DNA of 64,000 bases from Macrostomum lignano (GCA_002269645.1 NIVC01001138.1:1-64000), one strand, 5' to 3'. Shown: positions 1-12,446, counted from the stretch's first letter. A program made the numbers and translations. Notes: generated by a model from the letters alone, not told the origin.

Positions 1-144
1 AGCAGAAGTGACTAGCAATAGTATTTTGATAACGTGACATTCGAGCTTGTGGAGAGTGATCAAACCTTTTTTTATTTTTCTACCATATGAAGTTTCGAGT
101 TCATGAAAATGACTCGAAACTTAAAAAATGAATTGCGAGCTTTT

Positions 145-685
145 GAAATGTCGAGGTTGTGAAATGTCGAGGTGTGAAATGTCGAGGTTGTGAAATGTCG
201 AGGTTGTGAAATGTCGAGGTTGTGAAATGTCGAGGTTGTGAAATGTCGAGGTTGTGAAATGTCGAGGTTGTGAAATGTCGAGGTTGTGAAATGTCGAGGT
301 TGTGAAATGTCGAGGTTGTGAAATGTCGAGGTTGTGAAATGTCGAGGTTGTGAAATGTCGAGGTTGTGAAATGTCGAGGTTGTGAAATGTCGAGGTTGTG
401 AAATGTCGAGGTTGTGAAATGTCGAGGTTGTGAAATGTCGAGGTTGTGAAATGTCGAGGTTGTGAAATGTCGAGGTTGTGAAATGTCGAGGTTGTGAAAT
501 GTCGAGGTTGTGAAATGTCGAGGTTGTGAAATGTCGAGGTTTGTGAAATGTCGAGGTTGTGAAATGTCGAGGTTGTGAAATGTCGAGGTTGTGAAATGTC
601 GAGGTTGTGAAATGTCGAGGTTGTGAAATGTCGAGGTTGTGAAATGTCGAGGTTGTGAAATGTCGAGGTTGTGAAATGTCGAGGT
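145..685. repeat. 16-bp tandem repeat (GAAATGTCGAGGTTGT)n
   Basis: About 33 near-perfect copies read directly; the 121..690 ORF is its translation. Confidence 0.97.
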
Positions 686-1145
686 CGCATCTTCTGCCTT
701 AAGTGACTAAACCTGTAGAATGATTTTTGTATCGGCTTTCTTCAATAGTAAATCTTTTTTTAAACTGCCCCAGCCTCTGAATATCTGCTTTAGATGATAA
801 AATCTTTCTATTTATTCTTCTATCTGCGCAAATTTTTGACGTGGCAAATTTCACGCTTTTGCTTGATAATCCAGATAATCTAATATACTCTACAGTCGCG
901 AGCTTACGCTGAGCTTGCTCAAATTAAACAGGACACGCAAGTCTCTTGCTTAGTTCAGCTTCGAATTGATTAGACGATCGATTAAAATTTGTTTAAAGAG
1001 AGAAAATGATTAATGCAACCGGATCGAACAAGTCATATTTACCGAGCTAACAACGCCCAGTTAATGCATCTAGTCAAACAGAGATCATTATTGATAAAAT
1101 CAATAGTCCCATGCTGCAGCCAGGCAGAATCAACTCAGATCAACA

Positions 1146-2702
1146 ATGCTGTCAGAAGCGCTGAAAAACTTTGCCACGGACGCTACGACTCACAGTCTCG
1201 CTCGGCTGTCGAGCGACAGACCAGTCTACATCAAAGCCTTCTGGCTGCTTGCGTTCCTAACATTTCTGTGTCTGTGCTGTACAAGAATCGGCGAGTTTTA
1301 CCACACTTTTCAACGAGGCGACCTGAAGACTACCATTCGAGCAGATCAAGTCAAGTTTGAATTCCCAGACATTTACATCTGCAATGAAAATCCAATTTCA
1401 GGCAGCTATTACGGCATTTTAAGTCCCGAAGACGTTGAGCTAATCTCTAAATACAAGCGTTTGGTCAGCGACAGCATGGCTGGAATCGAATTCGGTGATT
1501 CGAACTTCGCACATTACACCTATTTTGCCCGTCTGGTCAACACTCTGCCCTATCAGTTTCTGTCTGACAAACTGGGGCGTCGGGTCAACCAGCTAGCCGT
1601 TCAGTTTTTTGTTCGACGGAGACCCGACGCCTAAATTTCGAATTCAGAGGCACAGCGCTCTTCTTAACTGTTTCACTCTAAACTTTACGGAGTCGGACTA
1701 CGAGGTATTGAGCAACCCGGTTTCATACATACAGATGGGCCTATTTCTTGACTTGCTGGAGCCTCCAGTGGCATTTGACAACTCGGGGGTTTCACCGGTG
1801 CATTGGAATTTGCTGTTCGGGCTAGGATTTTCAATGCCGACTGGGTTCTCAGTTTTAATAACGCCAGAGGTCAGCATCCGTCGGCTTCAGACGCCAGACT
1901 GCAGATTGGACCGGGGCAGAGCCATCGACTGTCGCTAAAGATGCAAGACACTGTCTACGAAGAAGACCTCAAAGGAGACAGATGCTTTGGAGATGATAAA
2001 TCCGAGGAATTGCTCGATCCATACACAATGGGAGTGTACAAGGTTAAATTCAGCTTAGACGAATGCGGTTACCGTGAAATCGTCCGACAGTCAATGGAGA
2101 AGTTCAACTGCGTTCCCTGGCAAATGACTTTGCCTTGGGATCTCCGACGATCGCCCATGTGCTTCAACCTGACACAGTTTCCTAGAAGCCTAGTCCTGAA
2201 CAAGACGGTAATGAAGGAGAGGGAGAGAGTTGTTGGATTTGCCACAGCCAAGTGTGCTAAACACGTGCCGTGCCGCAGACGTTCTTACACTTTCGACTAT
2301 TCGACGAGTCTCTGGCCGACAGAAAAAGACTGGTCTGGCTATCTGCGAGAGCACATTGCGACTAACCTGCTGGATCAGGGCGGCCCAACGCCCGGTTTTC
2401 GACAGCTGGTCCACAATGCAACATTTCGTCAGGTCCAAGAGTCGCTTGTCTACCTGGAGATGTTTGCGGACAAGTATATGTGCCAGGAGGTTCGCCTGTC
2501 GTATGCCTACTCGTTCAACTCGCTGATAGCTGACATTGGCGGCATCCTGGGCCTGTTCTTGGGCATGTCGCTGCTGTCGCTGCTGGAAGTGCTGGAGCTG
2601 CTGCACGACTGCGGCCTGATTGCGTGTCGACGGCTGCAGACGAGGACAGCGACAAGGAAGACGGCGGATGCCAGTTCAACCGATATGGCACGTTCTAATT
2701 GA
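1146..2702 (+). CDS. DEG/ENaC (amiloride-sensitive/ASIC/FaNaC-like) channel subunit, paralogue 1; intronless; two apparent 1-nt frameshifts (extra T in the T6 run at 1605-1610, missing nt near 1865)
   Basis: N-terminal TTHSL at the HG-motif site, TM1 (AFWLLAFLTFLCLC), post-TM1 FPDIYICNENP, palm GQHPS/IGPG, Cys-rich thumb, TM2 LIADIGGILGLFLGMS with the GxS filter. ORFs 1146, 1609 and 1803 join colinearly with paralogue 2 (QLAVQFLFDG vs QLVFMYYFEG; GFSVLITP-RGQHPS vs GFEIFITPRGQHPS). It may be a pseudogene if the indels are real. Confidence 0.9.
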
Positions 2703-3715
2703 GCTTAGAGAAGCTTCGCAACTTTTACTAACTTTTCTGTTGTTTTAAATTCTCCTATCTTTATAAACTGGTAATCTATTTAGAAAAATTCTTTTCCAGT
2801 TATTGTTAATTCCTGTCCTTTTGCTGTAGTTAGGCTCCTATTATGATATTATGATTTCGATGCAGACAGACGAATCTTGAAAATTCCTCAATGAACTTTG
2901 CTGCTTCAGCCTCTGTGGCATATCAGTACTCGTATGCCTGTGAATATTACCATGCCTATTTGGACCAAATGCTACGCGAAGAAATCCAGCAATGGCATCG
3001 ACTGCTGGTTTTAAGTTAAAACAAATTTCTACTCCGTTGTAGATAATGATGGGTTTCGACCTTTCGGCCCCCTTGTGGGGAAGCCTTCGGGCCTCAGGTC
3101 TCAGAGATAAATCAATTCGAGTCCTGGCCTGCGATAGTGAGCGTGAGCGTAAACTGCGCTTCATCTACCGCAACTGACTCAACATCCTCTTCAAAAATTA
3201 GTCAGAAATCTGCTTGTTTGGCACGCACTGTTTGCTAAGAAGAGCAACCATTTCCTGCCACTTTATTTGACCAGAGAAAATTAACCAGTATATTAGCTAG
3301 CTGTCGTGTAAAAATGACTCGCCATAAGAGTCATCCATGAGCTACGTTGCATACATTATTTAATGAAGACTTTGCTAGATGGATTCGATCCCGATTAGGA
3401 TTTTAATCCCAGAAAAAAAGCTACTGGCAAAATTGATAGCTAATTTACACAGAGACAACACTTCAGCTTTCTAAATTGATCTCCGAGCTTAACAGCCATG
3501 GATCTTTGACTGTCCAGCTGTCAATCAAGACGTCACTATACGATATGTAGCAAGGCTGTTTACCGATGACTGAAGCTTGATCCAGTTAGAGTTAGTACTT
3601 GACAAACATACGGAGTTCGAGTTGGATCCCACAGGGGATAAAACTCTCAAACATGTCCGGTAACTGCAACACTGCTCTCATTGAGTTTGAAGCGCTCAAC
3701 CCTCTCAGCTCAGCC

Positions 3716-5352
3716 ATGCTGTCAACCGCCATCGCAAAGTACGCCAAAGAGGCCACGACCCACAGTTTGTCCCGTATCGCAGCGAACGGCCTCTCTATGT
3801 CAGAGTCCTCTGGCTGCTCGTCTTCTTGGCCTCCGTCATCCTGTGCGTGGTGCGAATAGTTGAGACTTACAGCAGCTTTGCCAAAGCCGAGCTCAAAACC
3901 ACCATTAGAGCCAATGAGCTGGACTTTGTCTTTCCCGAGCTGCACATCTGCAAAGAGAAGCCCATCTCCGGTAGCTACTCGGTCACGCTCAGCGCTGAAG
4001 ACAATGCGTTGCTAAGCCGGTATCGAGCTCTGGTCAACCGCAGCCTCGCTGGAGTCTACAAGGAGCTCGTAGCTGACGACTTTCTGCCTGAGAACTACGC
4101 AATCCGGCTCATTAACACCCTGCCATTCCAGTTTCTCTTCGACAAGATGGCGCTCAGGGCCAGCCAACTGGTCTTCATGTACTATTTTGAAGGAAAATCG
4201 ACTCCGAAAATTAGCACCTTCAGACACCGCTGTACCTCAACTGCTTCACAATCGATTTCACCGACAAGGAAATCCGATCCCTGCAAAATCCATCGAATTA
4301 CTTTCAGATTGGCCTGTTCCTGGACCCTCCGCTGCCTCATTCATTCGACAACTCCACTGAGCAGGACGCTCTACCTTTATTCGGATCGTTCATCAACCCG
4401 AAGCCCTCGGACTGGACCTTCAGGCACGGCTTGGACTATTCTGTGGCTCGCGGATTCGAAATATTCATCACGCCTCGAGGCCAGCACCCCAGCTTCATGG
4501 ACGCCACTCTGAACGTCGGGCCCGGCCAGAGCCACCGCTTGAAAATCAAAATGAAGGACACCATCTTTGATGCCGACGTGAGCTCGAGATGTCTTGCGGC
4601 TGACAGCAGCAGCAAAAGTGTCAATATTTTTGATCCGTACACACAGGGCAAGCGAACCTTCAACTACAGCCACGTGGACTGCTGGTACAGAGAGATCGCA
4701 CGGATGTCCTTGGAGCTGTTTAACTGCACTCCCTGGGTTACCCGCTTCCTTGGAGTACAGATCTCTGCCTTCGTGCTTCAACCTGACGCAGTTCCCAAGC
4801 GGCACAATACTAACCAGTCGGTTACTGGAAGACAGGGAGATGATGCTGTACAAAGCAACGCTGCGCTGCGCTAACAAGGTTCCGTGTCGTCAGAGAACTT
4901 ACAGCTACGAATATTCGTCGGCTCAGTGGCCTACGGAAAGAGATTGGCAGATGTACTTCAAGAAGTACATCGCATTGTATAAGGTAGAGAAGAACGGTCT
5001 CACGCCAGGCTTCTCTTACCTGGTGAGCAATGCCACAATGGAGCAGGTGCGCCAGTCACTACTATTCTTAGAAGTATCTGGCGCACAACTTCACAGCCAG
5101 GAGGTGCGGCTGTCTCCGGCGTACAGCTTCAACTCATTGGTTGCGGATGTCGGCGGCCTGCTGGGCTTGTTCCTTGGCATGTCGCTGCTGTCGGCTCTGG
5201 AGCTGCTGGAGCTGCTGCACGACTGCTGCCTGATTGCCTGGGAACGGATTCAACAACGAACAAAGCGAAGAACGGCGGATGAGACGGTTGACCCGGCCAA
5301 CTCTACGACTTGCTCCGAGATTTCTGGAGTATGGGCAGCAACAGCAGATTGA
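3716..5352 (+). CDS. DEG/ENaC channel subunit, paralogue 2; intronless; three apparent frameshifts (near 3781, 4228, 4737)
   Basis: MLSTAIAKYAKEATTHSL, TM1 VLWLLVFLASVILCVVRI, FPELHICKEKP, YLNCFT, RGQHPSFMDATLNVGPGQSH, TM2 LVADVGGLLGLFLGMS. Colinear with paralogue 1 once the indels are corrected. Confidence 0.9.
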
Positions 5353-5975
5353 AACAACGCTTGCTTGTAGCTTGTGAATTTTCCTGCTTATGACAGTTGA
5401 AGCACTTTCAAGTGGCACGTTCAACCTGACTGACATGATTACAATTTCTCTTTTACTCGATTAAAGCATTACAAGCTTTTTACTGGTACCTTCTGTGATC
5501 TGTGTTCACTTCGACGAGACAAATATTATTATTTTACGTTTTCTAAGGCCCAAAATTTAATCTAAGCTATCAACTTTAGAGACAGTAAAACAAATAAACA
5601 AATATACTTTTCTTGCTATAGTTTAAAAACTGAAAGTAACACTAACTTTCGTTCTTTATTTCTTAACTTATGTACAGGCGTACTCGTATGTCCCAGTCTT
5701 CCTACTCGTTAAGTAGACGCGGGCTCGCTTGCATAAAATTTATTTGTTTACCAGGCTGACGAAGGATCAGGTCGGGATCCAAGAGACTTCTGTTGAAAGT
5801 TATTTTACAGAAGTGTGATTGATTAATAACTAATTGGAGAATCAGAGCTTTCTAACGGAGTCTTTTCATTTTTTGTGGCAAACATTTTTGCTGTTCATTA
5901 GATTGTGAACTTTGAGATCATTAAAGAAGCTGTTGAGCTAGTGTCCAGCAGAGAGGCGACAATTTGATCACGTGG

Positions 5976-6380
5976 CAGTTTGGCGCCACTCAAACCAGTT
6001 TGGCGCTAACTCAAACCAGTTTGGCGCTTACTCAAACCAGTTTGGCGCCACTCAAACCACTCAAACCAGTTTGGCGCTTACTCAAACCAGTTCGGCGCTA
6101 ACTCAAACCAGTTTTGCGCCACTCAAAACAGTTTGGCGCCACTCAAACCAGTTTGGAGCCACTCAAACCAGTTTGGCGCCACTCAAACCAGTTTGGAGCC
6201 ACTCAAACCAGTTTGGAGCCACTCAAACCAGTTTGGCGCCATTGAAACCAGTTTGGCGCCACTGAAACTAGTTTGGCGCTACTCAAACCAGTTTGACGCC
6301 ATTGAAACCAGTTTAACGCCACTGAAACCAGTTTGGCGCCACTCAAAGCAGTTTGGCGCCACTCAAACCTGTTCGGCTTC
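5976..6380 (+). repeat. 20-21-bp minisatellite (CAGTTTGGCGCCACTCAAAC)n
   Basis: Read directly; same unit as 8160-9470 but in the opposite orientation. Confidence 0.95.
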
Positions 6381-6671
6381 ACTCAAAAAATTATTCATTT
6401 ATTTTTGATTTTATCGAGTTTATTCGAGTTGGTTGCTGCGGTGTCTGACGCTGGGATGATGAGTAAAATGCAATTCAATTTTTTTGCCATTTGTCAGTCG
6501 AAAACTTTCTGCATCAGACTATCTGATGTCCGGAAGTAGAGCAGCAAGTGAGTATGAAATGTTGCGGCAGACAGCTCCATACGTAATCGTTGGTTTGAAA
6601 AAAAACGATTTAGGAAATGGGGCTGCACTGCAGGACTGAATCTATAATGAGGACCATTATTTGTCTGCATG

Positions 6672-7712
6672 TATGGATGGGATGTATGGATGTATGGGAT
6701 AGGTTGATGATGGGATAGATTGAGGATGGGATAGATTGAGGATGGGATGGATTGAGGATGGGATGGATTGAGGATGGGATAGATTGAGGATGGGATAGAT
6801 CGAGGATGGGATGGATCGAGGATGGGATGGATTGAGGGTGGGATAGATCGAGGATGGGATAGATTGAGGATGGGATGGATTGAGGATGGGATAGATTGAG
6901 GATGGGATAGATTGAGGATGGGATGGATTGAGGATGGGATGGATTGAGGATGGGATAGATTGAGGATGGGATAGATCGAGGATGGGATGGATCGAGGATG
7001 GGATGGATTGAGGGTGGGATAGATTGAGGGTGGGATAGATTGAGGATGGGATTGATTTAGGGTGGGATAGATCGAGAATGGATAGATTGAGGGTGGGATA
7101 GATTGAGGATGGGATGGATCGAGGATGGGATGGATTTAGGGTGGGATAGATCGAGAATGGGATAGATTGAGGGTGGGATAGATTGAGGATGGGATAGATT
7201 GAGGATGGGATAGATTGAGAATGGGATAGATTGAGAATGGGATAGATTGAGGGTGGGATAGATTGAGGATGGGATAGATTGAGGATGGGATAGATCGAGA
7301 ATGGGATAGATTGAGAATGGGATAGATTGAGGGTGGGATAGATTGAGGATGGGATAGATTGAGAATGGGATAGATCGAGAATGGGATAGATTGAGGGTGG
7401 GATAGATTGAGGATGGGATGGATCGAGGATGGGATGGATTGAGGGTGGGATAGATTGAGGGTGGGATAGATTGAGGATGGGATTGATTGAGGATGGGATG
7501 GATCGAGGATGGGATGGATTGAGGGTGGGATAGATCGAGGATGGGATAGATTGAGGATGGGATGGATTGAGGATGGGATAGATTGAGGATGGGATGGATC
7601 GAGGATGGGATAGATTGAGGATGGGATAGATTGAGGATGGGATAGATTGAGGATGGGATGGATTGAGGATGGGATAGATTGAGGATGGGATGGAATGGAT
7701 TGAGGATGGGTG
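6672..7712. repeat. 16-bp tandem repeat (GATTGAGGATGGGATA/G)n
   Basis: Read directly; source of the PS-rich minus-strand ORFs. Confidence 0.95.
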
Positions 7713-8159
7713 ATATGATTTCCAGGATAGATATAAAAACACTAATTACACTATATTTTAGTACCCTGATTCGGCACGCCAGGAAATTTATTGTAGATGG
7801 AAGAAAATCGCGGTGAATCACGCTAGGCCACTCGAAACTCCCAAATCTCCTCTCTAATTGATCCCACTTCCCGTTCCACTTCAGGGTCAGAGCTAAACAC
7901 GGGTGAGGCCATTGCAGATGACAGGAGAGACGGGAGAGGGCCGGGGAAAAAATGCAAATTGCCAATGTTGCGTAACAGCTTCGTGAGGGTAAATGCCCGA
8001 GAGGCGGGTGGTCGGCGGAGTGGTGAATGCAAATCTGGTTAGAAATGCTTCATCGATTTTCTTCGAAAAATGCTTGCAGATATTCTGAACCATTAATACA
8101 TATCTTGCTCTAGAAATAAAGGAGCTCGCAAATCTTTAACACCAGAAATTAATGACCAA

Positions 8160-9470
8160 TAGCGCCAAACTGGTTTGAGTGGCGCCAAACTGGTTTGAGT
8201 GGCGCCAAACTGGTTTGAGTGGCGCCAAACTGGTTTGAGTGGCACCAAACTGGTTTCAGTGGCGCCAAACTGGTTTGAGTGGCGCCAAACTGGTTTCAGT
8301 GGCGCCAAACTGGTTTCAATGGCGCAAAACTGGTTTGAGTAAGCGCCAAACTGGTTTCAGTGGCGCCAAACTGGTTTGAGTTAGCGCCGAACTGGTTTGA
8401 GTAAGCGCCAAACTGGTTTGAGTGGCGCCAAACTGGTTTGAGTAAGCGCCAAACTGGTTTGAGTGGCACCAAACTGGTTTGAGTAAGCGCCAAACTGGTT
8501 TGAGTAAGCGCCAAACTGGTTTGAGTAAGCGCCAAACTGGTTTGAGTGGCGCCAAACTGGTTTGAGTGGCGCCAAACTGGTTTGAGTGGTTTAAGTGGCG
8601 CCAAACTGGTTTCAGTGGCGCCAAACTGGTTTGAGTTAGCGCCGAACTGGTTTGAGCTCGCAAATCTTTAACACCAGAAATTAATGACCAATAGCGCCAA
8701 ACTGGTTTGAGTGGCGCCAAACTGGTTTGAGTGGCGCCAAACTGGTTTGAGTGGCGCCAAACTGGTTTGAGTGGCACCAAACTGGTTTCAGTGGCGCCAA
8801 ACTGGTTTGAGTGGCGCCAAACTGGTTTCAGTGGCGCCAAACTGGTTTCAATGGCGCAAAACTGGTTTGAGTAAGCGCCAAACTGGTTTCAGTGGCGCCA
8901 AACTGGTTTGAGTTAGCGCCGAACTGGTTTGAGTAAGCGCCAAACTGGTTTGAGTGGCGCCAAACTGGTTTGAGTAAGCGCCAAACTGGTTTGAGTGGCA
9001 CCAAACTGGTTTGAGTAAGCGCCAAACTGGTTTGAGTAAGCGCCAAACTGGTTTGAGTAAGCGCCAAACTGGTTTGAGTGGCGCCAAACTGGTTTGAGTG
9101 GCGCCAAACTGGTTTGAGTGGTTTAAGTGGCGCCAAACTGGTTTCAGTGGCGCCAAACTGGTTTGAGTTAGCGCCGAACTGGTTTGAGTAAGCGCCAAAC
9201 TGGTTTGAGTGGCGCCAAACTGGTTTGAGTAAGCGCCAAACTGGTTTGAGTGGCGCCAAACTGGTTTGAGTAAGCGCCAAACTGGTTTGAGTAAGCGCCA
9301 AACTGGTTTGAGTGGCACCAAACTGGTTTGAGTGGCGCCAAACTGGTTTGAGTGGCGCCAAACTGGTTTGAGTGGTTTAAGTGGCGCCAAACTGGTTTCA
9401 GTGGCGCCAAACTGGTTTGAGTAGCGCCAAATTAGTTTGAGCGGCGCCAAACTGGTTTCAGTGGCGTCAA
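8160..9470 (-). repeat. 20-21-bp minisatellite (GTGGCGCCAAACTGGTTTGA)n containing a 532-bp tandem duplication
   Basis: Reverse complement of the 5976-6380 unit. The unique string GAGCTCGCAAATCTTTAACACCAGAAATTAATGACC occurs at 8122 and again at 8654. Confidence 0.95.
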
Positions 9471-9831
9471 ATTGCGTTGAAGCAGACTTCTTTTGCTTGC
9501 CATCTCAATGCTTAAGACAAAGACCAGGCTAAAGCTATATTGTGCATGGCGAAGCGAAGTCAGGCAGGTAGGAGAATGGGGGGACAGGGGATAACAAAAA
9601 ATGGGGGTTTCGGGTTCTGACCCCTTCCCCCACTCACCGAGTGAGTCATCGATTCTCCAGCGCCCCTGCGTTTTGGCTTGCAGAGGACCTCGAGGGAGAT
9701 CAAGGAGACCCTAGGATATACCTGAAATCTGGATTTGGCTGCCAATAAAATAAAATTTAAAATAACTTTTACTATCACAAATACTTGACTCGATGACTCA
9801 ATGAGAATCTTTAATTGTATTTTTTCTGTCG

Positions 9832-10026
9832 CCCCTGGTGCTGGCGCCCCTGGTACTGAAGCCCCTGGTGCTGGCGCCCCTGGTGCTGAAGCCCCTGGTG
9901 CTGAAGCCCCTGGTGCTGAAGCCCCTGGTGCTAAAGCCCCTGGTGCTAAAGCCCCTGGTGCTAAAGCCCCTGGTGCTGGCGCCCCTGGTGCTGGCGCCCC
10001 TGGTGCTGGCGCCCCTGGTGCTGGAC
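9832..10026. repeat. 15-bp minisatellite (GCCCCTGGTGCTGRM)n
   Basis: About 13 copies read directly. Confidence 0.93.
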
Positions 10027-10718
10027 CCATAGAAGACTATTTTTTCTAAGATTCTTGCAAATTACACAGAAAACTCGCCTTTTCGTCTGCTTTCGCGCTC
10101 GACTTCCTAATTTTTGTTGAAGATCTCCTTGTTAAGATAAAAGGGAGCTGAGGGGAGGGGGGTAGTGTGTCACGGGCTCCCGCCGGGTCACGGAGGTGTG
10201 GTTGGGGGGTTGGGGCAAATGGGTTATGATTCAACCATTGGGCCCACCGACCCCATCGTGGCTTCTCCAACAACACAAGCCAACCAACCCCTCCAAAGCC
10301 AGGCCAGGGAATACTCTACATATGGAAGTGACACTCCCCGATTCAGGCTTCTCAGGGCGGACCAACCCAGGCCAAGGTTTTTTCGAACGAAAAATAGCAT
10401 GACTTAAAAAAGCTTCGTTACTTCTTGCTTGGGGGGGGGTTTCAAACACTGTCCACTCTGTCCCAACCACAGACCTTATACTTATTGGTCTGTGTCCCAA
10501 CTCCCTTATTTCGAAAGGAGCAGAAGAGCAGGGGCAGAGAGGACAGTGAGAAAAAATAATGTTGGAGAGGAAAACACTGACTCAACAAAAATAAAATGTA
10601 CATCCTGTATACAATAGTGGGCGCTCTGGATATGACCCATGCACGTACATCTGCCTTTTCCCTGTCCTTTCAGTTGTGATTCTTATATAAATTTCAACAA
10701 AGTTTCAAGTAACGAAAA

Positions 10719-11270
10719 ATCCCATTTACCTGCTGTGTTATTGACTGCAATTCCGGGTTCCGGCTATGCGATTGCGACACCGACAGAGAAGAAAATTAGC
10801 TTTTATTCCTTTTCAAAAGAGACTTCATTGCTGCAGAGACGCTACATGCCATTCTGAACAAAAATCTGCATCAGCATTTTGAATGTTCCAACACCTATCG
10901 CTGGTCAGCAGCTAAAAAAGCCAGAATGTCCGCCGATTACAAGAGAACTCTGGCAGCTTGAACACCTACTAACATTCTTCACCGAATTTCTACAAAACTG
11001 GCGTGCAGCTGCAGCAGGCAAGAACTGCTTGACGAATGAAACCTTTGGTAGATTCATTCAGACGTGTTCTGCGATTCCGAAACTTTGCTCAAGACTATTT
11101 GCTACGGTGCACTTTCAGTATGTTTTGCTCGAAAAGTTTCTTTCGGATCCCATCGAGAGGCAATTCGAAAGGTATCGACAGATGTCAGATGGCCCATACT
11201 ACATCAGCTCGAAGGAGATTATTCAGTTTGAAAATAAGACTAGAGTGATGTCGCTTATATCCATTTCTTA
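10719..11270 (+). pseudogene. Degenerate P-element transposase: THAP zinc-finger start fused by internal deletion to the catalytic C-terminal segment
   Basis: Across frameshifts it reads (M>I)PFTCCVIDCNSG...KISFYSFSK..LLQR-LHAI (THAP-like), then ILNVPTP...LTNETF...FQYVLLEKFLSDPIERQFERYRQMSDGPYYIS. The latter resembles the P-transposase YVLxGKxQSDPLExxFGxYRQxxG motif. TATATAAA lies about 30 nt upstream (near 10684). Confidence 0.82.
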
Positions 11271-11554
11271 TATCATTGCCTGGCCTTGCGACGTAAGGAA
11301 TCCTCAGAAAAGAAAGCCTGAATGTCATGTTTTACATCGCAGGATATCTGTCAAAGTCCATTGGTAAACGCTGTCACGGGTATCGCCAGTTTCTGGTCAG
11401 CGAGAACAACTTTCCAGCACTGGAATCCCAACTGGAAATTTAAAACAGAGGCCGGCAAACTCCGTCCACGAAGCCTCTCTATCAATGGCAATTAATGGCA
11501 ATGGCAAACTTCAATGGCAATTCGGCTCGGCCCGCTCAAAGTTGCTGTCCCTTC

Positions 11555-12180
11555 TAAGTTCTATCCTCTCCTCTCTCCTCTCCTCACCTTTCTTATCTCC
11601 TCTATTCTTTCATCTCCTCACCTTTCTTATCTCCTCTATTCTTTCATCTCCTCACCTTTCTTATCTCCTCTATTCTTTCATCTCCTCACCTTTCTTATCT
11701 CCTCTATTCTTTCATCTCCTCACCTTTCTTATCTCCTCTATTCTTTCATCTCCTCACCTTTCTTATCTCCTCTATTCTTTCATCTCCTCACCTTTCTTAT
11801 CTCCTCTATTCTTTCAACTCCTCACCTTTCTTATCTCCTCTATTCTTTCATCTCCTCACCTTTCTTATCTCCTCTATTCTTTCATCTCCTCACCTTTCTT
11901 ATCTCCTCTATTCTTTCATCTCCTCACCTTTCTTATCTCCTCTATTCTTTCCTCTCCTCACCTTTATTATCTCCTCTATTCTTTCCTCTCCTCACCTTTC
12001 TTATCTTCTGTCTTTTCTCTCCTTTCTTTTCTCCTTCCATCGATCTTCTCTCTTTTCTCTCTCTTATTTCTATCCTTTCTTTTCTCCTCTCATCGATCTT
12101 CTCTTCTGTCTCTCTCATTTCTCTCCTTTCTTTTCTCCTCTCATCGATGTCTCATCTCCTCTTTATTCTTCTCTCTCCCC
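11555..12180. repeat. 34-bp CT-rich tandem repeat nested inside the P element
   Basis: TCTCCTCACCTTTCTTATCTCCTCTATTCTTTCA repeats, decaying into a CT-rich tract. Confidence 0.93.
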
Positions 12181-12344
12181 CCATTGCCCCACCTTTCCAC
12201 TCTCATCTGGGTGGGTTTTGGGGACAAGTTGGCCCGGGTTGGTCCGCCCCCTATTGGGGAGTGTCACTTCCATATGTAGAGTATTCCCTGGCCAGGCCCT
12301 TGCTTCTGAAGCTGCCCCATTCCCCCAGCCAGCCATATTGGAAA

Positions 12345-12351
12345 TATATAA
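12345..12351 (+). promoter_or_regulatory. Candidate TATA box for caveolin first exon 1a
   Basis: TATATAA about 100 nt upstream of the ATG at 12447; position only, no transcript data. Confidence 0.4.
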
Positions 12352-12446
12352 CGCGAGGAGCTCCGACCTGCATACAAGCGGCAATACGCACGGCTTCTCC
12401 TATTAAACAAAATCGAAGTGTTTCAACATCCAGAAAAATCGAAAAA

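Larger units (their letters stand above)
10305..12290 (+). mobile_element. P-superfamily (THAP9-like) DNA transposon, internally deleted non-autonomous copy
   Basis: Perfect 35-bp TIRs (CAGGGAATACTCTACATATGGAAGTGACACTCCCC at 10305-10339; reverse complement at 12256-12290). Subterminal 21-bp inverted repeats with 1 mismatch (about 10357-10377 and 12229-12249). Exact 7-bp TSD GCCAGGC (10298-10304, 12291-12297). P-type transposase remnants inside. Confidence 0.9.

Noticed and set aside
1601-1612. TTTTTTG as a recoding site in DEG/ENaC paralogue 1
   Set aside because: The paralogue alignment is explained by one extra T in a homopolymer, and paralogue 2 has no such site.
2841-3164. 107-aa minus-strand ORF between the channel genes
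   Set aside because: No recognisable motif or splice support.
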